NCBI GenBank assembly: GCA_963737065.1
Contig: CAVTRC010000001.1
Coordinates: 704,001-768,000 of the forward strand
DNA: 64,000 nucleotides
Source: Candidatus Eremiobacteria bacterium
Lineage (GTDB): Bacteria; Vulcanimicrobiota; Vulcanimicrobiia; Vulcanimicrobiales; Vulcanimicrobiaceae
Direction of reading: 5' to 3'
Of the stretch, positions 58,871-64,000 are shown in pieces (positions within the stretch are counted from its first letter, which is position 1; every line of letters starts with the position of its first letter). The notes beneath the pieces were generated by a model. It ran no database searches and was not told the origin of the DNA. It saw only the letters and a program-made list of their open reading frames with translations. The position numbers and the translations under genes were made by a program.

Positions 58871-59308
58871 TCACAATACCTCGCGCAGTTGTTCGGCGAT
58901 CGCGTCCCATCCGCGTGCATGCCCCGCTCGCGACTCTTCGCTCGCGAATTGTTCGTGCGTAAGAATCATCTCCGTCCCGCCGTTGCACGGATTGAATTCC
59001 AACGTGAGCAGCGTCTCGCGCTCCTCGCGAGGATCGTCTTCTTTCCACCGCCACGTCATTTGTAAACGATTCGGAGGCCGCACGTCGCGATAGATGCCGC
59101 CGACGGCCCAGCGCTCGCCATTGGCCATTTGCATGACGATCCGGTACGTTCCGCCGGCACGCACGTCCATCTCCACGTCCGGCGTCGTCACATCGTCCGG
59201 GCCCAAGAACTGCTTCGCCAATTCCGGCGTAGTCCACGCTTGAAATACGCGCTCGGGCGGCACGTCATACGTGCGGCGGATGACGAGCGCAGGAATCGTC
59301 GTTTGCAT
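58871..59308 (-). CDS. SRPBCC (AHSA1-like) domain protein
   Basis: PERVFQAWT, DVRAGGTY, PPNRLQMTW and HARGW motifs. Confidence 0.88.
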   Translation of the reverse strand: MQTTIPALVIRRTYDVPPERVFQAWTTPELAKQFLGPDDVTTPDVEMDVRAGGTYRIVMQMANGERWAVGGIYRDVRPPNRLQMTWRWKEDDPREERETLLTLEFNPCNGGTEMILTHEQFASEESRAGHARGWDAIAEQLREVL

Positions 59309-59310
59309 CG

Positions 59311-59646
59311 CTATTTCTTCTTTCGTTCGGGCTTTGCAAGAAGATGATCGAGGCGATCGAGCACGGTATTCCAGTAGCGTCGCTGACGTTCGATCCACGC
59401 AGCCGCCGCTTCCATCGCTTCGGGCGTAAGATTCAAGTAGTGCGTGCGTCCGACGACTTTGCGCGCAATGAGCCCTGACTCTTCAAGCACGCGCACGTGC
59501 TTTGAGATCGCCGGCTGCGAGATCGGAAATTCGCAAGCGATTTGTCCGACCGTCGAGGCTTTGTGCGCCAGCCGTTCCAAAATACGGCGGCGAGTCGGGT
59601 CGGCCAAAGCGGAGAAGACCGCGTCGAGCTTCGCATTATTAACCAT
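59311..59646 (-). CDS. ArsR/SmtB family transcriptional regulator
   Basis: FSALADPTRRRIL and SQPAISKHVRVLEESGLI motifs. Confidence 0.92.
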   Translation of the reverse strand: MVNNAKLDAVFSALADPTRRRILERLAHKASTVGQIACEFPISQPAISKHVRVLEESGLIARKVVGRTHYLNLTPEAMEAAAAWIERQRRYWNTVLDRLDHLLAKPERKKK

Positions 59647-59669
59647 TTGGTTATATAACCATACCGTTA
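59640..59669. promoter_or_regulatory. Tandem palindromic operator overlapping the ArsR start codon
   Basis: TAACCA-TT-TGGTTA (59640-59653) plus an imperfect copy TAACCA-TA-CCGTTA (59656-59669). Confidence 0.7.
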
Positions 59670-59702
59670 AATGACGAGAGCGTCAAGCGTGCGGCGGACC
59701 GA

Positions 59703-60653
59703 CTACGCGCCTCTCGCTTCGGACGGCGTCTGTCCGTATGCGACTCGCCACAACCGGCGAAGTTGCCGCCCATCGGCGAATCCGCATCGCTCCGCAACGG
59801 CGTCGATCGTCAGGGTTTTGTCGCGGAGCAACGAGCGCGCGTGCTCGAGTCGCAGCGACGTTGCATACGTTTTGATCGTAGCGCCCGTCGCTAGACGGAA
59901 CTGCCGCGTTAACGTGCGCGGACTTACGCCCGCGACGCGCGCCAAAGATTCGATCGTGAATGCCTCGTCGGGATGTTCCACCAGCCAGTCCTGCGCAGCA
60001 TGGACTTCCGGGTACGTGTGATCGCGCCGGTCGAAGTACGCGCTCAACTGCTCCTGCGTACCGCCGCGGCGCATTCCGACGACCATCTCACGCGCAACAT
60101 TAGCAGCAGCGCGCGCACCGACATCGCGTTCCACGATTGCAAGCGCGAGATCGACGCCCGATGCGATACCGGCGCTCGTCGCGATCCTTCCGTCGAATAC
60201 GTAGAGCCGATTCGCGGCAACACGAGCGCGCGGGAACGCCGAGCGCAGCGCGTCGGTGTACTTCCAATGCGTTGTAACGTTCCGTTCATCAAGTAACCCC
60301 GCTGCGCCGAGCACGAACGCGCCGACGCAAACGGAGGCTATACGCGCGCCGTTAGCGTACGATGCGCGCAGCCACGCGGTGACGTCTGCGATCTTCGAGC
60401 GGCGATTGCATGCCGCTTCGCGCATCGTCGCACTTCCCGGGATAACGATCGTGTCGTCCGGGCCGGCGTCGTGCGGCAGAGGCTGCACCCGCGATATCGC
60501 GAGCGACTGTTCGCTCGCGATGTCCGATTGCGTCGACACGTACTCTAATTGATATGGAGCAGCGGCGGCAATCGCTTCGTGAAAAACTTGAACGGGGCCG
60601 GCGAGATCGAAGAGCTCGACACGGTCCGGAACAAAAACGATGACGCGCTTCAC
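59703..60653 (-). CDS. GlxA family (DJ-1/PfpI + AraC) transcriptional regulator
   Basis: SVCVGAF, TTHW and TSAGIASGVD motifs, with a C-terminal AraC HTH. Confidence 0.92.
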   Translation of the reverse strand: MKRVIVFVPDRVELFDLAGPVQVFHEAIAAAAPYQLEYVSTQSDIASEQSLAISRVQPLPHDAGPDDTIVIPGSATMREAACNRRSKIADVTAWLRASYANGARIASVCVGAFVLGAAGLLDERNVTTHWKYTDALRSAFPRARVAANRLYVFDGRIATSAGIASGVDLALAIVERDVGARAAANVAREMVVGMRRGGTQEQLSAYFDRRDHTYPEVHAAQDWLVEHPDEAFTIESLARVAGVSPRTLTRQFRLATGATIKTYATSLRLEHARSLLRDKTLTIDAVAERCGFADGRQLRRLWRVAYGQTPSEARGA

Positions 60654-61246
60654 GCCGGAACGGTACTCATATCCCGTACGATATCATCCACCGTTGCGAT
60701 GCGCGCAAACCGCCGGCGGAGAGCAAATTCCGTTCGTTCCACGATATCGTCGGTGGACAGCTCGCGCCCACTCCCGTCCGCGTGTTCCGCAATAGGAAAC
60801 GTCATCGTCGCCTCGGTGACGAAATCGACGCCAAAACCTAGGTCGGCGCCGACGCGCGCGGTCGTCTCGCAACACTGCTCCGTCTGGATTCCGCTAACCA
60901 CGACCCGGCGAATGCCGCGCTCTAACAAGATCGGAAGCAAGTCCGTGCTCGTGAAGCAATTGCGGGTGGTCTTGTGAACGATCGGTTCACCGGGCAGCGG
61001 CTTCAGAAAATCCATCAAGCGATACTGCGGGCTCGTTATCGAGAACGCGTCGTCCGAGTCGCTGTGCAGGACGTAGATCACCGGCTGGGCGGCGGCGCGA
61101 AACGCACCGATCAGTCGCGAGACGTTCGGTTCGAACGCCGCCGCGTTGCTGCGCCGTGCCCACCGCGCGCCGGCTTTGAACGAATCCTGTACGTCGATGA
61201 CGAGCAGCGCCGCTTCGCGCGGGTTCAGCCGGTCTTTTAGCGCCAT
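60650..61246 (-). CDS. Isochorismatase/cysteine hydrolase family protein
   Basis: ALLVIDVQ, HK...CF and GIQTEQCCETTAR motifs. Confidence 0.9.
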   Translation of the reverse strand: MALKDRLNPREAALLVIDVQDSFKAGARWARRSNAAAFEPNVSRLIGAFRAAAQPVIYVLHSDSDDAFSITSPQYRLMDFLKPLPGEPIVHKTTRNCFTSTDLLPILLERGIRRVVVSGIQTEQCCETTARVGADLGFGVDFVTEATMTFPIAEHADGSGRELSTDDIVERTEFALRRRFARIATVDDIVRDMSTVPA

Positions 61247-61456
61247 GTGTGTCTCCTCGCTCTCATAGGACGCTTTATGCCAGTGTGACGCTATTCTTCG
61301 CATGACGTTAGTCCACCCGAGGACACCGCTCGGACATTGTGGGCCAAGTTATGGCCGTGACGGCCGGCCGAAGCCTCGCACTGGCCGGGCACGCCAGGCG
61401 AACGAGTCGCCGATGCAGCATATGAGTCGTCAGCCCCGCACGTTACGGAGAATTTC

Positions 61457-62101
61457 GTGAATCCGATTGTCGAAGAATTGCGCTTGATGTCTCCCGCGCC
61501 GCTGCCGCTCGGCCTCGCTTGCGACGGAACCACGCTCTGGATGGCGAGCCGCGAAACGCACCGTCTCTATGAGATTGAGGCGCCGACGTGGACGGTGAGG
61601 AGCGAATCGCAGGCACCCGGCGGCCCGTTCGGGATGACGATGGTGGGCGATGAAGTTCGCGTTGTCATCGGTATGGGAGAGAAGGATCACGATCGCTACG
61701 TCTATCGCTTTATTCCGGGACACGGCTTCAAAAACGATCCCATCCCGTGCCCGGATCTTACCGGCGCGCACGTAGCATTTGACGGCGACACACTGTTCTT
61801 GAGCCAAGCGTCCTATCGAAAAATTCTTGCGCTCGACGGTCAAGGCGACGTTCTGCGCGAGATTCCGTTGGACCGCACGCCGCTTGGGATGACCATCTTC
61901 GAAGGCTGCTTCTATTTGATTACCGGCGACGAAGAGTTCGAGAATCTCGAGTTGTGGCGCGTCGATGCGCGCGACGGGTCACCGGCCGTCGATGTGCTGG
62001 GCTCGATTGCATTCGACGCGCGCGGCCTCGCATTCGATGGGACGCGTTTCTGGACATCGCATCGCGACAGCAACGAGATCGTCGCCTTTCTATCACCATA
62101 A
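61457..62101 (+). CDS. Hypothetical beta-propeller protein
   Basis: Repeated GLA(C/F)DGT.(L/F)W-type blades. Confidence 0.65.
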   Translation: MNPIVEELRLMSPAPLPLGLACDGTTLWMASRETHRLYEIEAPTWTVRSESQAPGGPFGMTMVGDEVRVVIGMGEKDHDRYVYRFIPGHGFKNDPIPCPDLTGAHVAFDGDTLFLSQASYRKILALDGQGDVLREIPLDRTPLGMTIFEGCFYLITGDEEFENLELWRVDARDGSPAVDVLGSIAFDARGLAFDGTRFWTSHRDSNEIVAFLSP

Positions 62102-63145
62102 ATGTATGCAGTGACCGTTCTTCTTCTCGCGGCGCTCATCGCGCAAGGTCCTGTCGCGTCCGCTAATGCTTCTGCAACGGCCGGCGACGACGCGTTTGCG
62201 CGAGGTGATTTCCAAACCGCGTTCGCCGATTACAACGACGCGATCGCGGAGAATCCAAGCGAGGCCGAGGCCGTGCTTGGACTCGGAACACTCGACCTCT
62301 ATCGCAACGACTGGAGCAACGCGCGAACGTATCTCAATCGCGCGCGACGCCTCGCACCGAACGATCCGCGCGTCTTATCGCGTCTAATGACACTGCAAGA
62401 ACGGTTACCGAAACCCGACCGCTATGCCTTCGATCTGCAAAACGGACAGACCGACATCCCGTTCGTGGCCATCGATCCCGTGCCGATCGTCCGCGCGACG
62501 ATCGACGGAAAGTCATATTTGTTCGTGGTCGACACCGCGGCAGCGTCGGTCGACCTCAATCCGGCCGCGGCACAAGCACTCGGTATAACCGACAGCGGAA
62601 CGATCGACGCGTTGAAATTCCCCGGACTAACGGTAAGTAACGTGCCCGCCCGGATCGCGCCGCAACCGATCGGCGGCGGCAGCATACACGTCGACGGCGC
62701 ACTCGGCACCGTGTTTCTCTCGCATTTTTTGCCGACATTCGATTACGCGCACAACCGCTTGACGCTGCGCTTGTGGGCGGCGTCACCGGCGATCGAGGAA
62801 GCCGCGGCAGCACAGAATGCGGCGATCGAGCCGATGTGGCTCGTCGGCACGCACCTCTTGCTCGCAAGCGGACGGATTGACGGCGAACGCGGGCAGCTCT
62901 TTGCGATTCAAACCGGACGCAGCGAGGGCACCGTCGCCCTCGTCGAGGCGGAAGAGTCACCGTTTACGCTGCCGCTTGTATCGCTTGGTAAATATGCGCA
63001 GGGACCGGTTACCGGCGTCGCGTTGCCTGCCGGGCTTTTTGGTAAGGTACCGTTCCATGTCGCGGGCGCGCTGCGCAACCGGTTCTTCCGGTCTGCAGCG
63101 CTGACGCTCGACTTTACCACGATGAAGATCGTTGTGACGAGATGA
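62102..63145 (+). CDS. Secreted TPR + retropepsin-like aspartyl protease domain protein
   Basis: Signal peptide, TPR helices, FVVDTAA and DGALG motifs. Confidence 0.7.
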   Translation: MYAVTVLLLAALIAQGPVASANASATAGDDAFARGDFQTAFADYNDAIAENPSEAEAVLGLGTLDLYRNDWSNARTYLNRARRLAPNDPRVLSRLMTLQERLPKPDRYAFDLQNGQTDIPFVAIDPVPIVRATIDGKSYLFVVDTAAASVDLNPAAAQALGITDSGTIDALKFPGLTVSNVPARIAPQPIGGGSIHVDGALGTVFLSHFLPTFDYAHNRLTLRLWAASPAIEEAAAAQNAAIEPMWLVGTHLLLASGRIDGERGQLFAIQTGRSEGTVALVEAEESPFTLPLVSLGKYAQGPVTGVALPAGLFGKVPFHVAGALRNRFFRSAALTLDFTTMKIVVTR

Positions 63146-64000
63146 GTGAGCGATACGGCATCGAGACCGAACTCATTCACGCCGACCGCGATGGGACGAG
63201 CAAGACCGACGTTACACCGCCGATCTACCAAACGTCGACGTTTTCGTTTGATGACGCGCAATCCATGGCGCGCGCCGCGCATGCGCCGGGCTTCGAACGG
63301 TTTTACACACGACACGGCAATCCGAATCACGGACAGGTCGAGCGCATTGTCGCCGCGATCGAAGGCGGCGAAGCAGCGATGGTAAGCGCATCCGGCATGG
63401 GCGGAATCTCTGCGACAACGATCTCGCTAACCAAAGCCGGCGATCACGTCGTCGCACAACGCGTGACGTATGCGGGAACGCGATCGCTGTTGTCGTCGGT
63501 GCTCGCGCGGTTTGGCGTCGATGTTACGTTCGTCGATCAAGCCGATACCGCGGCATTCGAGCGCGCCATGCGACCGAACACGACGCTCGTGATGCTGGAA
63601 TCGCCGAGCAATCCGCTTCTCGGCATCACGGACATCGGCGCCGTCGCGCGCATCGCGCACGACGCCGGCGCGTTGGTCACCGTCGACAATACGATCGCGA
63701 CGCCGGTCAATCAACGCCCCGTCGAGCTTGGCGCCGACGTCGTGCTCCACAGCGCGACGAAGTATCTGGGCGGCCACTCGGATCTCATTGCGGGTGTCGT
63801 GGTTTCGTCGAAAGCGCTGATCGCGCGCATTTGGGAAACGCATCACATTCTCGGTGCGACGCTCGGTCCGTTCGATGCGTGGCTGTTGCTGCGCGGACTG
63901 CGGACACTCGAAATGCGGGTCGCACGGCATAACGAAAATGCGCTGCGCCTAGCGCAATTTTTGGAAGAGCATCCGCGGGTCGCGCGCGTCTACTATCCGG
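63142..64000 (+). CDS. Trans-sulfuration PLP enzyme (cystathionine gamma-synthase/methionine gamma-lyase family), 3'-partial
   Basis: ATG 63142: MSERYGIETELIHA...PPIYQTSTF...YTRHGNP...SGMGG...ESPSNP...VDNT...HSATKYLGGHSD. Runs off the end of the window. Confidence 0.92.
   Translation, partial: MSERYGIETELIHADRDGTSKTDVTPPIYQTSTFSFDDAQSMARAAHAPGFERFYTRHGNPNHGQVERIVAAIEGGEAAMVSASGMGGISATTISLTKAGDHVVAQRVTYAGTRSLLSSVLARFGVDVTFVDQADTAAFERAMRPNTTLVMLESPSNPLLGITDIGAVARIAHDAGALVTVDNTIATPVNQRPVELGADVVLHSATKYLGGHSDLIAGVVVSSKALIARIWETHHILGATLGPFDAWLLLRGLRTLEMRVARHNENALRLAQFLEEHPRVARVYYP

Noticed and set aside
63146..63385. Apparent small ORF or frameshift at the start of the last gene
   Set aside because: The real gene starts at ATG 63142 in another frame and is uninterrupted to the window end.

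Overview
A GC-rich, gene-dense bacterial chromosome segment of about 68 CDSs, with no rRNA, tRNA, CRISPR array or transposase that I can recognise. The gene repertoire (form IE-like RuBisCO, small TonB-C-terminal proteins, HAF-repeat lipoprotein) suggests a soil chemoautotroph such as Ca. Eremiobacterota/Vulcanimicrobiota; this is an inference. From left to right it holds: a partial RES toxin-family gene; GH125 and GT39; a divergent suf locus (atypical IscU-like gene, sufR | sufC-sufD-sufS-sufU, no sufB); DUF485-actP; an ECF sigma factor coupled to a zinc-finger anti-sigma/O6-methylguanine methyltransferase fusion, followed by a Cys-less pyroglutamyl peptidase homolog, a PHP hydrolase with a histone-H1-like tail and EF-G2; a BCP peroxiredoxin whose peroxidatic codon is an in-frame TGA (probable selenoprotein); ETF-QO-thiOSG-rhodanese; Lhr helicase; a Calvin cycle cluster (cbbX-cbbS-cbbL-cbbR | class I fba-fbp-prk-comB-like phosphatase); a 2-oxoacid dehydrogenase cluster with tandem E1-alpha genes; ArsR-SRPBCC and GlxA-isochorismatase pairs; and a partial trans-sulfuration enzyme. 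At least seven net +1 frameshifts interrupt housekeeping genes and are most likely long-read errors. All family assignments come from motif recognition by eye, not from database searches.
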